Source: Callorhinchus milii | Taxonomy: Eukaryota | Reading direction: 5' to 3' | Assembly (NCBI RefSeq): GCF_018977255.1 | Contig: NW_024704743.1 | Span: 83,206,001-83,270,000, forward strand | Length of the DNA stretch: 64,000 nucleotides | Shown: positions 1 to 12,965 of the stretch, in pieces | Numbering within the stretch: the first letter of the stretch is position 1 | Layout: every line of letters begins with the position of its first letter | The notes under the pieces: model-generated | What the model was told of the DNA's origin: nothing | The model's database searches: none | The model's input: the letters and a program-made list of their open reading frames with translations, nothing else | Program-made: the position numbers and the translations under genes

Positions 1-719
1 CTGCTGTCATGCCGTTGGTTTTCAGTCCATTCAGAGCAGTGTCCAGTTCTAATTACCAACAATGGCAGAATCCTTGGTTTTAATAAAACATTAAGTAATT
101 TTTTTTTGAAAATTTCATTTTCATAATGTGGAGTTTGATGGGTTCTTTTGCAGTTCTTACATTATACTGATGTAAGACAGCGGCTTCAGCCCCTGCCTTG
201 CTGGATCCCTGTTGTGATTCATTGAATTTAGACTTTCATTGCATTTTTGGGGAAGACATTAGTAGTAGAACAATATATATGTAGATACCATTAAACCAAG
301 GCAATATTTCAAGTTTATTCCTAAATTCATATCAGTTGGCGTCTCCTCCCATTGTTTACAGGGCGTTGCTGTCACAGATTAGCTGCCGCTTTTGGCTGCG
401 TAACAATTATCACGTATTTTCAGTCAGTTATATTTTGTAAATCTTTTTGAGACATTTTACGTGATTGGTGATATATAAATGCAAGTTGTTATACGGTGTT
501 AAGGAAATTGTGCTCTGAGGCATTACTCTGTGTGAAGGATGCTATACAAATGCAAGTTGCTGTAGTTGTAAACTATCTGAGAGATTCCTAGCCACACTGT
601 ATATGGCATGTTCTATGTAATTCCAGATTGCTCAGGAAAACTCCCATTTCAAAACCCCTCTGCTCAGGAATAGGTTTTTCTTTTTCCCAGGTCAATCCTC
701 TCATAGCAGATTTTAACAA

Positions 720-985
720 TTGAATACAATTTACATTTATATAGAGCCTTTTGTGTCAGGAGGACGTCTCAAAGTGCTTCACAGTGCTGGATGGGCACCC
801 GAGCAGAGGGAGGTAAAATTAATGTTTCACAAAGACAATGGGAATCACTGAGTATAGAGGAGAGGAGGGAGATTGTAAGGGTTTTGACTAAAGGCATGGT
901 GAAAGAGAGAGGATTTTAAGAGGCTTTTGAAAGCATGGAGAGCAGCCACATGACAAGTGGATTTTGGAAGAGAGTACCCAGCAAG
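720..985 (-). mobile_element. Degraded L2 LINE 3' end fragment
   Basis: Reverse complement of the L2-type tail (atagagcctttt gtgtcaggaggacgtctcaaagtgcttc) followed by purine-rich sequence similar to the better-preserved L2 ends at 2855 and 47750. Confidence 0.6.
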
Positions 986-1914
986 AAGCAGTGTCTTTAC
1001 ATAAGGAGAAAATTAAGGCATGGGGAGGAAAAAATTAAATAATGGAGGTGTTAGGTGTTCCCAAAAAGATATTTCTTACTCCATAGTTGCACTGGAATTA
1101 GTAAGTCATTTGGAAAGTTACAGGAATGCAGAACAACAAAGATGACCACAGCACCTGACAAAAAGTGCAATTAAGCTGAGTGTTTATGTTGTATGATCAA
1201 TTTCAGAATTATATTCTGATTTGGGGATTTGTGAAATCAGCTTAAATATTTTTGTCCTGTACAGTACCATAGTAAAATATTGGAGCATTCAGAACACAAA
1301 TCTTTTTGAAAACTTTTTATCCTTAGGTATCTTATATGGAACTTCTCTGATGGCTTAGTTGGTAAGCGAGTTCTGCACAGTGTAGAACTGAGCCACCCAG
1401 GTCCCACATTCATATGTGCAACATCGGTTGAATCTCGACAACATGCACTTGGTGTAGCTGTAGTAAAGTGATGTGATAGAAACACCAGTTTCTCAGCACC
1501 TCATGGCCTTTAGAGATATAGAAGTCACATAGGGGATGTGATAGTAGACTGAGTGAGCAACTGCGCAAAACTCCACTCCGCGCAACAACCTACATTTTAA
1601 AAGAGGAGGCCATCAATATCCTTTCCAGGTGAAGCACCAAACCAGTACTTTGCGCAGTCGATGTTCAGGCCCTATTTTTCACTTGGACACTTGCAGCCCA
1701 TATTAAGGTGCTGATAATGGATATGAGCACAAGATAAATTACATAAAAATTTGCCATTGTACGTGTCCATTAATTAATATTTGGGGCATGACACATGTGA
1801 TGACTTGTTCCATCAGTAGAACGCTGCATGTGATTTGAATCTCTCTCTATCTCACCCTTCAGCAGCTGAAGCCGTGCCTTTGACACCTCGAGGCTAGACT
1901 TCACAAACGTTCCC

Positions 1915-2150
1915 TTTGTCCGCCTTCTCCATCCAGATGCTCCAGTTCCTCCGAAACTTCAGCTCATATCCTCTGCTGCAGTAGGTTCTGAACACCCATG
2001 ACCCTTCCTGGACAGACAGACAGACTCCACTACTCCAGTGCATTGATTTTAAGATTCTCAGCCTGACCTTCAAATTGGTTGCTGTAACCTGTGAAGGCCT
2101 GTGAGACATTTTGAGACCTCTTCCTTTGTTATATCAAATGCAAGATTTAT
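1915..2150 (+). mobile_element. Highly degraded L2 ORF2 C-terminal/3' fragment
   Basis: cttcagctcatat..ctctgctgca and attgattttaagattctcagcctgaccttcaaa echo the L2 LQLIQNSAAR and RIxFKILxLTFK motifs seen at 32660-33410; ends in tail-like atatcaaatgcaagatt. Confidence 0.45.
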
Positions 2151-2667
2151 CACTGACATTTTGCAGAGATTCTGTATTTACATGATTTTGTGCCAGGCCA
2201 TGACTCCTCCATGATGGAGGAGTACGGGGTATGTCAACCTCCGAACAGAGTGTGGTGTAAGGCTGTCATGTGTACAGTGCAACATGGTGCTGCACTGGGC
2301 CTCAGGCTCCGTCCCCACATCCTCTCTGTTTGGCTGTTGTAATCTATTTGTGAGGTGCTGTTTCCCATTGACGTGGCGTAAAAATACAACCAACCCATCC
2401 AGCAGGTGATTATCACCTCAATGTGCCCCAGAGCTTCGAACTGAGAATGGCTTCTGATTAGCTCTGGTGCTGCCATTAGTTTTGAAACCTTCCACGCACC
2501 AACAGTCACTCTAACACTCACAAAACCCAGTGTTTCTCTGTTCTGATTTTGTTGAGGAAAAATTTCTGACACCACTATCCTGACCACTTTATGACTGCAG
2601 TGTTCATGTAACAGTATTTTGATCCTTTCACGGACCAAAGAAGGTAAACGGTACTTTCAGATTCATC

Positions 2668-2820
2668 AGGACAGTAGAACAAAGGGTCCAAAGTTTAGGG
2701 TTGCGAAGGGCAAGTTTAGAACAGACACTAATAATTATTTCTTTATACAGAGGATAATCGACAGCTGGAGTGACTTATGAAAAATTGTGGTTGTGGCCAG
2801 GAAACTGGACATTTAAGAAT
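2668..2820 (+). mobile_element. CR1 LINE ORF2 C-terminal fragment
   Basis: Translates as SRTKGPKFRVAKGKFRTDTNNYFFIQRIIDSWSDL*, matching the CR1 end motif RTRGH..KL....FRT..RK.FF.QRV...WN.LP. Confidence 0.7.
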
Positions 2821-2854
2821 AATAATAAATAATAATCCTTGCATTTGATATTAT

Positions 2855-3672
2855 AACAACAACAAGATTACATTTGTATAGCGCCTTTCATGTCAGGAGG
2901 ACGTCCCAAGGCGCTGGACAGTGTACAGGATTTCGACCTGAGCTGGGGTCAGTGGGGGAGAAGGGAGGGGAGGGAAGGGGGGTGACTGATGGCATGGTTA
3001 AAGAGGAGGGTTTTGAGGTGGGACTTGAAGGAGGCTACGGAGAGGGTGAGGCGGAGTGATTGGGGGATGGAATTCCAGAGGTTGGGGGCAGAGTGGCTGT
3101 AGGCTCTCCCGCCAGTGGTGGGGCGGGTGGGTTGGGGGAGGTGGAGCAGGCCGGAGCCGGTTGAGCGGAGGGAGCAGGAGGGTTGGTAGGGGGTTAAGAG
3201 GTTGCAGAGGTAGGGTAGGGCGAGGCCATGGAGGGCTTTGAAGGTGAGGACCAAGATCTTGAACTGGAACCTCTGAAGGATAGGGAGCCAATGGAGTCGG
3301 GCGAGAGTGGGGGAGATGGGGTCACAGAGTTTGGTGTGGGAGAGGACACGGGCTGCAGAGTTCAGGATTATCTACATACAGCCCGTGGAGGGAGGAGCCG
3401 GGAAGGCATGAACAAGAGTTTCAGTGGCCTGAGGGGTGAGGTAGTGGCGGAGTCGGGCGATGTTACAGAGGTGAGGGAAGGCAGAGCGGGTCATGGCTTG
3501 GTTGTGGGGAAGAAAAGACAGTTGAGGGTCGAACAAGACACCGAGGTTCCTGACTGGCTTGGTGAGTTGAAGTGTACAACCACGGAGGTTGATGCTGCCA
3601 GATCCTGAGGTGCAGAGGTGCTAGCGCAAGCCAATCAGGAGGGCCTCAGTCTAGTTCACATTCAACTGCAGG
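2855..3672 (-). mobile_element. L2 LINE, 5'-truncated 3' portion (decayed RT C-terminus, 3' UTR, tail)
   Basis: Minus-strand ORF LTFKALHGLALPYLCNLLTPYQPSCSLRSTG...GGRAYSHSAPNLWNSIP...SFKSHLKTLLF is typical of the L2 ORF2 end; stem-loop tail and (TTG)n terminus at 2855-2915. Confidence 0.88.
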
Positions 3673-3877
3673 ACCTAATAACACCTATATATATATATTA
3701 TATATAATACCTAATATAGCACCTAATTCATGTCGTTGAGACGTCTCAAAGAGTATTTTGTGGAAAAAACACAATTCAGCTTGATGCTGAAGTGGGAAGA
3801 TGTCAGAGAGTGTATTCGGGAAGGATGAGATCAAATATGGTAGGCCAAAAGCTCATCTTCATGTGGGTCTCCTTATA

Positions 3878-4040
3878 ATAATATAACAATAATCCTTGCA
3901 TTTGATATAGGGCCTTATCACGTTGTTGAGACGTCTCAAAGCGCTTCACAGAACATACTGTAAAGTGTAGTGACTGTTTTTGTGGGCAAAACGCGGCAGC
4001 CAATTGCACACAGCAATGTCCCACAAACTGTCGTGGATTG
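3878..4040 (-). mobile_element. 3' half of the tRNA-Ala SINE family
   Basis: aataatccttgcatttgatatag...gcgcttcacagaacatactgtaaagtg...gcagccaattgcacacagcaatgtcccacaaac matches the full-length copies elsewhere in the window. Confidence 0.85.
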
Positions 4041-6012
4041 AGGGATCATATTATTATTTATTGATATATTTAGTGAGTGAGTGAAATAAGATATTATAGT
4101 AGCATGAATAACTATGTAGGGATCAGAAGACTAAAAAGGAGACCATTTAAACCATTTTAGCACACATTCATGCAAAGTTGGAGAAAGATTACACTTTGTT
4201 CAGTCCCAGATAAGCTAAAACTTTTCTCTTGGAAAATTTGTCTCAGAATTGGTAGAATGCCAATATTTTCTCTTCACCTCCCAAAAAAAAGAATTTGAAC
4301 TTCATATTTCTGTTGAACTACAAGACTCTCCTGTATCCTGCTGAACATTTCTTGTGCAATTCTGAAAGACAGCATCATGTTTTCCAACACTAAAAAACAA
4401 ATTTGAGTAAACCATACAACTTTCTTGTGATCTTATGATTAGATTTAAATCAAATGTTGAATGCATTGCATTGCAAGTTAGTCCATGAGCACTGGGGTTG
4501 CAAATGTGCTTCTTGGACCTCAACAGTTGTAAATGCTGTTTCAGATTTCGACGAACTTCATTAGTGACTGGCTCTCACGTGGCAGGCTGTTGTTTCTGGG
4601 AAGTGCGATGTGGACTTGATGCAGCCCTTATGTTGGACTGCTAGAACGAAGACTACTCCCTCGTATACTATCCATATCCGCCTTTGCAGCCCGTTTAAAA
4701 AGATTAAGATTTCATTTCCCAGTTTGTGGGGCTCTGTTTGGAATTAGCACTCACCATAAATCCTGCCACATTGTTTTGGTGAACCTTTTCTCTGGGCTTT
4801 AGCAAACTCGAATAAGCGAATAAGCACCCATCTTTCAATTGATTTATTGCTGTTTGATTAAAACTTAAGACCCATCTTTTATATTTCACATCTTAAGACC
4901 TATCTTTTAGACTGCACTTTCAGCTACCTTTGTCATTCCCTCCTCCTCCAGTTTGGGTTCCCAGTAATGAAGTGCTTTTGTGACATCCTCCCAACTTGAA
5001 AGACGCTATGTAAATTTTAAGTAAATTTTAAGTTGCCGTTGATTACACCTCTTCACAAATTAAAATGACATTTTTTTCCAATTGAGAGAACCTCTTATTT
5101 TGAATATTGTACTTTACTTTCAAAAGTGTGCACTTGGTGAATATTTAAATTCTATTATTTTATTTTTAATGTTTTGTTTAAAGGAACTTTTTTTTCGTGT
5201 TAACAAATTTGGAACAGTGGACGTTCAGCGGTGATTTGCATGTATCTATTCAACACACTTGTGTTGGACCAGATAAAGGTCCATACAGTGAACAGTAAAC
5301 TCATCCCCTGATTAGCTGTGGCTGTGTGAAATGCAGTAGTTACATTCCAGTGGAGAGCATACAGATCCTGCCCAGATGGTGGTAAATCTTCAATGTTTCA
5401 ATGTAAGCCAAGCATCAGGAGTACAATTTACTGGAAAGAGCTGCATGTTCTGAAATGAACGTGCGGTTTACAGAAACGGTACATTCCAAGGATTGGAAAA
5501 CGACAAACATTGTAAAACAATCCTCAAAAATAGAGTTAAGCATCAGGGAGCTTCCACTACAGAACATCCTAAAATCAGCATCACCGGGACTTGTTGCCGT
5601 GATTATTGTCTTGCTGCAGGAAAAGGGTCCACTTTCCCCCTTTTTAAGCTAATTGGCATCTCACACTGGTGTTCTAATTTACTATGGACAAAACAAGCCA
5701 ACAAAGTAAGTCAGCAAAAAGCGGTCTACAGCGATTACTGATTGGAACCAGGAGTGAGAGTTTCCATAATGTGATAATTATCATTGTTAACAGTTATCTG
5801 AAAACTCACTAACTTTATAATAATAATGCTCGCATTTGACATAGCGCTTTATCAGATCAGAAGGATGTCTCAATGCGCTTCACAAGATTACTATAAAAGT
5901 GAATTGAATGCATATTTGTAGGCTACTTGCGCTTCATGGGACATCAATGTCGAGTTTTATTTAGTGATTCTTGCCCAGAACGCCATAAGAAACGCCCTTC
6001 TCTTTTTGAATA

Positions 6013-6230
6013 TAACAACAACAACTTGCACTTATGTAGCGCCCTCCATGCAGGGTAGCATCTCAGAGCGCTTGTTCCATGAGACCTTAAATGTCCACCT
6101 GAACAATACAACACATCCCCAGCACCGTACTGATGTCAGTTTAGATTATGTGGGTTCATGTACCGACATGAGACTTGAACCCACAATCTTGTGACTCAGA
6201 GGCGAGAATGTTACCAGTGAGCCACATTGA
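6013..6230 (-). mobile_element. Degraded Deu-domain (SacSINE1/AmnSINE1-like) SINE with internal deletion
   Basis: Head gacttgaacccacaatcttgtgactcagaggcgagaatgttaccagtgagccac shared with the copies at 29445, 59214 and 62878. Confidence 0.65.
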
Positions 6231-6960
6231 TACTTTACAGTGTATCCTATGAAGTGCTTTGAAACGTACTTCTGAGGTGACTATAGCAAATGCAAAAACG
6301 GTGATTATTTTATCTCAGCACTTACTGACTTTTTGCAGCCGTACAACATATGTGCCACCCAACTTGCAACGGTCAACAAATTGAATAGCTGCTGACCTTA
6401 CTTTAATTGCTGGTGATCTTTGATGGCCCAGGTTACAGATTACACTTGCACAAAGCTTGGGTGAGAATGTAAAAGGTGACCCTTAACTCTTGACCTTTCT
6501 TTCACTTAATAGTCAGCCCTCAATTTCAGATCTCCAATGAAGTCTTTGGTTCTTTTAGTTTTATGTCACCACGGAGACATCCAGTTCTTCTGTTCAACGC
6601 GTCATTAATGGACAAATGCAACTTTGGAATGAAGCAAAATGGAAAGTCTCCAGTGATCTTGAGCCACACTGAAAAATTAAACAGCCAGCTAAACAGAAAG
6701 TCAAAGCAGGCTTATTTTGCACTATTCTCCCGTTCTTCTTCCCTCCTAGAAAGAATATGTTTCATGGCCAGCCTTGTAACCGAAGTAACTAAACTCAAGT
6801 GAACTTGTGACTTTAAGGCTCCAGCATATTGTATTGTAGCTGCTAAAAAAAAAAGCCATCTTTCTCGCTGAGTCTTTATGGTGGGATTTTCCCCATTACA
6901 AATATTTAGTGACAGGAGATTGTTATTTATAGTGAACGCCCATTGTTTGACCCCTTTATA

Positions 6961-6978
6961 TGTGTGTGTGTGTGTGTG
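6961..6978. repeat. (TG)9 microsatellite
   Basis: Read directly from the sequence. Confidence 0.95.
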
Positions 6979-9900
6979 AATGCACTTGTGAAGATACTTA
7001 CCTTTGTTCAAATTGTGGCCTCACTTTAGACTCCTGGCAAGGCATTTTTCAAGAAAGAATCATTTTGAGTGGTGAGCAGGTTGTTGTTTGTGGCTGCACA
7101 GTGGGCTGGTGGTAATGAGACCACTCATGATACAATTCTTCCTTAGCAATGTGAAACCACAAGCGATGTGCAAGCAGCTTGGATCGGGCTTTCTAGGAGA
7201 GTGGGGGGATCAAGAAAAAAGTGCAATAGAAACCCGACTTTGTTTATTGCCTGTTTATTTCTCAGCGTGACCCAAGGTCACTAGATTCTGTCCATTTTTT
7301 GCTTCTTTCCAAAGTTGTATTTGTCCATCGCTGAAGAGTTGAACAGAACTGGATCATTAAGTTATCTACTGAACCATTCAAACTGGTAGATTCGATTAAT
7401 TGGGTAGTAGTACCAGTTGGGGATTGTCAAATTTAAGTTCTGACTTTAATACTTTTACGATTCCTAAGGCTTTTGAGAGCTTTTCTTATATTAAGACACA
7501 TTCAGAATTCACAGAAGCAGAACTGTGCCACTTTTGGATAACACATCTCATTTATATAGTTTAACAACACAATTTACTATATTATCATGAAGTCTCCTGC
7601 TACCCACCCAGGTCCATCGGAAGGTGGGAAGCACAAAGATTTGACACAGGATTTAGCCTGTTTAACTATAAGAAATTCATTGTCAGTCAGAGTGAATCAG
7701 TGGAATAACTTAAAAATAAACAAGGTCATAAATACCGTTTAAAAAGAATGACCCCTAGAAAGGAGTCCCAAAAGCTTGTTGAGGAATGAAGTGCTTGTAG
7801 GAAGTAGAAAATACTGTATCAGCTTTCACAACGATGCTAGAATTCTAAAACTGAATGCTTCTAGTCTCGGGAGTGCTTCCTCTCGAAGCAAAAGCTGATG
7901 GTTAACTGAAGAATGACAAATTCTGCTTTCCTACAGCCTAAATGTCCCGCTTTGATCTTGAAACACTGTGTCCAGCACTTCAACCGTGCATTATATTCAG
8001 GAATGACCTGAAACCTTGTCAAAATGAGAGATCTGAAACAAACTTCCATCTACTGATAAGGATTGATCGACAAGATTCAATTGTATTTAAACCATCCTTT
8101 GAATGCTTTGAGACTCTGGCAATACAAAGTGTTAAAGTGATGAGATCTTTATTGGATAAGTCAGACACTTTGGATATAGAAACTTGGAGTAACCCTTTGA
8201 CTGACAAATACTGACAAATCGTGTATTGTAATGCATTTGTTGATTTTTCCCAAACTATGGTATCTCTAAGTGTGTCAGGTTAGTGCCAGAATTTGATACT
8301 TAAGATTGGCAAATGTGCATTCATAGACATAGCAAGAGTGAATACATCCATGATGTACATTTGATATCTTACATTCCGTGACGAGGTAAAACTTAAATAA
8401 TGCCTTCACACTCGATTCCTTCATTGAATGACCAGTTTATGCTCTTGTTGGTGTTTATCATGCAGTTTGTTGTTGTATTTGGATTGGCGCAAGATCAATT
8501 GCACCTCAATTAAATTCATACCCCACTTGTTTCAACCCAAAAAAGGTTGAAAGCTTGTTTCTTAAATGATTAGTATTACTTTACAAGGAGAACATAATAA
8601 TTTCAGAGTTTTGTAAACCAGCCACATTATTAAGAACAAAATTAGGCCAGTTCCCTGGACCTCTCAAAAGTTTGGAGGAGTAAAATTGCAGAACAGTTTT
8701 GCAAAGAGATGTCAGATCAAAGGAGAGATGAATGTGACTGCGAAATGAATGGTTTGTTTGCTTATGGTATGGTAGTAATATCTTTTGAACTGGAAAGCAG
8801 CACTGTATGTACAACATTGTTAATGGCTCCCAGCAAACAGTTGGGACTTGATGGTTTGCTGTAGAAGAAAGTACTAATGGAAACGGTTTGTGTAAGTAGA
8901 CTGATAAGAACATGTTCATTCCTCAGGAGAAGCAGCAGCATGTTTCATTTCTACATTCAGTCTCAGGAGCATGAGTTGAATGAGATAAAGAAGAGTGTCC
9001 ATGTATGGAGTCAGGATAGTACATAATTGCACTCTTTCATTTATTTTCAGCCGAAAGCCTCTAACACAAGTGTGTGTGCATTGAACTCTTCCCACTTTGT
9101 GTCTCTTTATGTAAGCAAGATGTGTAACCTAGCGATGTCTTTTGCCTTCCCACTTATGCTTGCATGTTTGTTCTCTTTCTCCATGACTGTGACTATCTCT
9201 CTAGCTGTCACTGTATATCAAGAGATTAATAAAATTAAGGTTTGGGAATTGTTTCACTAAGTATAGAAATGATTTGCGCCAGCAATTTCAGGCCTTGTTA
9301 CTGAAATAAAACACTTCTGCCTTACATTGCTAAATCTCATACTGAAGGGAACAATTCATTTAGAATTTGGCATCCTTTAATTCATGCATTGCACTGGGCA
9401 ATATGGATGTTAAGGATCCCATGGCACTATTCAAAAAGAGAAGGGACTTTCGCACAGTGCTCCAGCTAACATTCCCCCAAATAAAACTGGTCACTCACTA
9501 GTTGCAATGGTAACGACAACAACAACAATAACTTGTAATTACAATTCATGCAGGGTAATGTCTCGGATTGTGACTGAGATTCTGAAACATACTTATTGTC
9601 TATAAATGGCCCTGACCTCGACACTTATATCTCAAACACTGCCAACTACACAGCCAGGTAAATGTTTAAAAGCATTACTTTGATTTGATGGCATTGCAGT
9701 TTGAAGTACTTCATCTCCTTTGAAATCCTTACTCAAAAATAAATCTGAAGAGATTTTATTTGCCTCATATTGTGGATCACAGTATACGGTTACGTTTTTC
9801 TGCGCTTCAGCAAGCATTGCCAGGAATGAAAAACAAACCGTTGTGCGGTACATTCAGTAATAGACTTTACTAATTGAACCAACTCAATTTGACTGATCAT

Positions 9901-9990
9901 ATTGAGCTGGGTCCTTACGGAATGAATGCATTTAAGAACTGCAATATTATCGTTTGAATTGCAGGAATGCTTTAGATCTTGTATCTCAAG

Positions 9991-10373
9991 GTCCTGTAGC
10001 ATATTGGTTAGAGCACTCTCCTCGCAAGCGATAGGACCCGAGTTCAGTTCCTGGGCAGGGCGAAACCATACTCCATATACCTTTGTTCCTACTTACACCT
10101 AGCAGTAAGTAGGAACCCAGTTGTTAACCGATTAGTGGATCACTTTCTGTGGGTAATAATCCTGTAAAATAATAATAATAAATTAATAATTAATAATTTA
10201 ATCTCTCAATTTACGTTTGTTTGTGGGGCACTGCTGTGCGCAATTGGCTGCTGCACTTCAACCACAAAAATATACAGTCAATTCACTTTACAGTATATTC
10301 TGTGAAGCGCTTTGAGACATCTCAACGATGTGATAAGGTGCTCTATCAGATGTCAGGAGTATTATTATTATTA
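9991..10373 (+). mobile_element. tRNA-derived SINE, long subfamily, full length
   Basis: Head gtcctgtagcatattggttagagcactc..gagttcagttcc (A/B boxes), central ctagcagtaagtaggaacccagttgtt block, Deu-like 3' half, L2-type tail ending in (ATT)n. Confidence 0.85.
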
Positions 10374-11577
10374 ACGCAGATGTAAATTGGAAATGCATTG
10401 GATTTGTAGTTCCTTTGTACTGAGCGGCAGGTCTAAGTGCTGAGATGAAGGTAAGTCAAGAGCTGATCAAGACAGACAAAACCACTGCTTCTGCACCTGA
10501 AATTTCATTACATTTAGCATCCTGGCACTTAGAGTTAAAATCTAACGGGCTTAACTGCACTGCTCTCTGGCGTCTGCCAGTGTCACAGTGTCTGTGGGTG
10601 GCATCACAATGTTGAAATAGTGGTGCATTGCAACTTACAGATAACTCGCAGATATCTGCTGCAAACTCCTTCACCTAGACTGCAATGTAAGAGGAGAGTC
10701 GCATTCAATTTGGTGAATTCAGTTTGAATTAATTGGAAACAAAAACAATTCTCTGCGGTTCCTTATACTTTAAAATATGGGGCCCATTGTTATCCAACAG
10801 GTAACTACTGTCCCCCAGAAAGAAGTAAATGATTAATTAATTAAAAACACTGTTTATTTTGGGTGTAAATTATGTTAGTGAGGATTCCAGGGCTGTAAAT
10901 TCATATTATTTTGTCTTGTATTTAATTTCACCATTAAGCATTTCCAGGCTGGATATGGCACTGGTTAGATGCAGGTTATTGCTCCCTTGCCTCTGCTGCT
11001 ATATTACTTCAGCTTTTCTGCAGCATTGTGACATTTTCAGCTGTCCTTGTAACCCGTTGCAGGGAAGTTGACAATTTAGTGTCAATTAGTTTCAAATTAC
11101 AGCCAGTTTTGTCCTGTGGACCGATGCCAGCTAGAAAAACAGCCCTAAGTCTTAGCGGAGTTTTGTTTGTCAGAGAAAGAGCAGACTTTATCCCATCAGG
11201 TCTGTGTTGTATTCAACGCCACATCTCAGAGGTGAAAGGATTGTGTTCAAACCCATTGCGCCACTGAATCCCCCCCTTCTTCCTGGTTAAATTGGTTTCA
11301 GGTTTTATTTTAAAAATGGTCAATTAAAAAAAATTCCTTTCTTTCTTTAGTTGTGTGCAGGAAGATACTAAAAATGTTTTTTTTACCAAAATGGTCTGAA
11401 TCAGGTAACATTTTGAATAGGGAACAATTCCTGAATTGCTATTGATAGTTAAATGTTTTCTTTTACTGTTTGTGTTTAGTGGTGAGGTTGGGTCCATCAG
11501 CACAGTTGGGTCAGTTTACCCAATTGGGTAACAAGAAAACAACAAAACCTTTTTTTGTTTTGGGGGGAAATTGTGTA

Positions 11578-12257
11578 GTCCTGCAGTGTAATAATAATAA
11601 TAATAATCCTTGCATTTGATATAGCGCTTTTCACGTCGGGAGGACGTCCCAAAGCGCTTCACAGAACACACAGTGTAAAGTGAATTGACTGTATATTTGT
11701 GGGCGAACGCGGCAGCCAATTGCGCATAGCAATGTCCCACAAACAGTCGTAGATTAAAAATGACCAATTTATTATTGTTTTGTTTTGGAGGGATTATTAT
11801 TAGGGGTGTGGAGTAAGGAAACTTGCCCAAGGTTTCGCCCTGCCTGGAATTGAACTCAGGTCTCTCACTTGCAAAACGAGTGCTCTAACCACTGAGCTAC
11901 AGGACTCCACAGTGTATTGTATGGAGCACTCGCCTTGGGACCTGGGTTTGTTTCCGTGGCAGGGCAAAACCTTAGGCAAGTTTCCTTACTCCACAAGCCT
12001 CCATTTACCAAGCAGTAAGTAGGAACCCGGTTGTTAGTCGATTGTTAGACGGATTGCTTTCCAGGGGTAATAATGCCTTAAAAAAATTATAATAAGATCG
12101 CTCAACCTCTGACTTTTTGTGGGACACTACTGTGTGCATTTGGCTACTGTGTTTCGCCCACAAATATTCACTTTACAGTATATTCTCGAAGCGCTTTGAA
12201 ATGTCTCGAAGTTGTGATAAGGCGCTATATCAAATGCAAGGATTATTATTATTATTA
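11578..12257 (+). mobile_element. tRNA-derived SINE, long subfamily, interrupted in its head by a younger antisense SINE
   Basis: gtcctgcagtgta (11578-11590) resumes as ttgtatggagcactcgcc at 11917; central ttaccaagcagtaagtaggaacccggttgttagtcg block; tail ends 12257. Confidence 0.8.
11591..11909 (-). mobile_element. tRNA-Ala-derived SINE, short (young) subfamily, full length with 7 bp TSD
   Basis: Minus-strand head GGAGTCCTGTAGCTCAGTGGTTAGAGCACTCG..TTGCAAG..GAGACCTGAGTTCAATTCC; TSD CAGTGTA at 11584-11590 and 11910-11916. Confidence 0.93.
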
Positions 12258-12965
12258 ACAACTTGCACTTGGAGGCCTTCATGCAGCATAACATCCTGGA
12301 ACGCGAGTAGGGAGGATACCATAGGTGTGGTCGAAGAGACAGGTTGTTAAAGTGGGGTTGAAAGAGATACATATATATATATATATATACATACACACAC
12401 GCCCGCGGGCTGGAAGTGGCCGGCGAGGCCGTCAAGAAACGCACCCCCCCCCCACCCCCACCCCCAGAACATTCACACAAGGCTCGGTAAAGCTCTGTTC
12501 AATCATACATGTGTTTTCAGCTTTTTCTTGATTGAATATTTCTTGATTTTTACATAAAATATACAACATATATTTTCACCCACAAAATATACAGTCAATT
12601 CACTTTATGGTATAGCATTTTGAGAAGATTCGGTGAATCATTGCTATATCAAATGCAATGATAAGGCGCTATATCAAATGCAATAATTATTATAAATCAA
12701 CAAATATTCGATCGAGAAAATGTTTTTATTTTAAAATTTATTTTGTATATCAATAGAGAGGGGGAGGCAGACACAATGTGTGCGAGGCGGAGAAATAGAG
12801 GCAGGGAGTTCCAGAGATTAGGGGCGTAAGAACACCAAAATTACCAAATGGGAAATTAATTTTGTTCTCGCTGGTACCTTTAACGCTTGAACAGCTCGGT
12901 CAATATGTCATTTTTCTGAAACGAAGACAAAGAAACAGTCCCTCAGAAACAGACACAAAAACTCC

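Noticed and set aside
1560..1658. 10 bp inverted repeat ACTGCGCAAA / TTTGCGCAGT as a MITE or hairpin RNA
   Set aside because: Too short, with no TSD or second copy seen; may be an old DNA-transposon remnant but cannot be supported.
11516..12480. Recurrent ORF peptides such as [12 protein letters not shown] and MGKFPYSTRLIIIPPK as a gene family
   Set aside because: They are chance translations of the repeated SINE body and (ATT)n tail.
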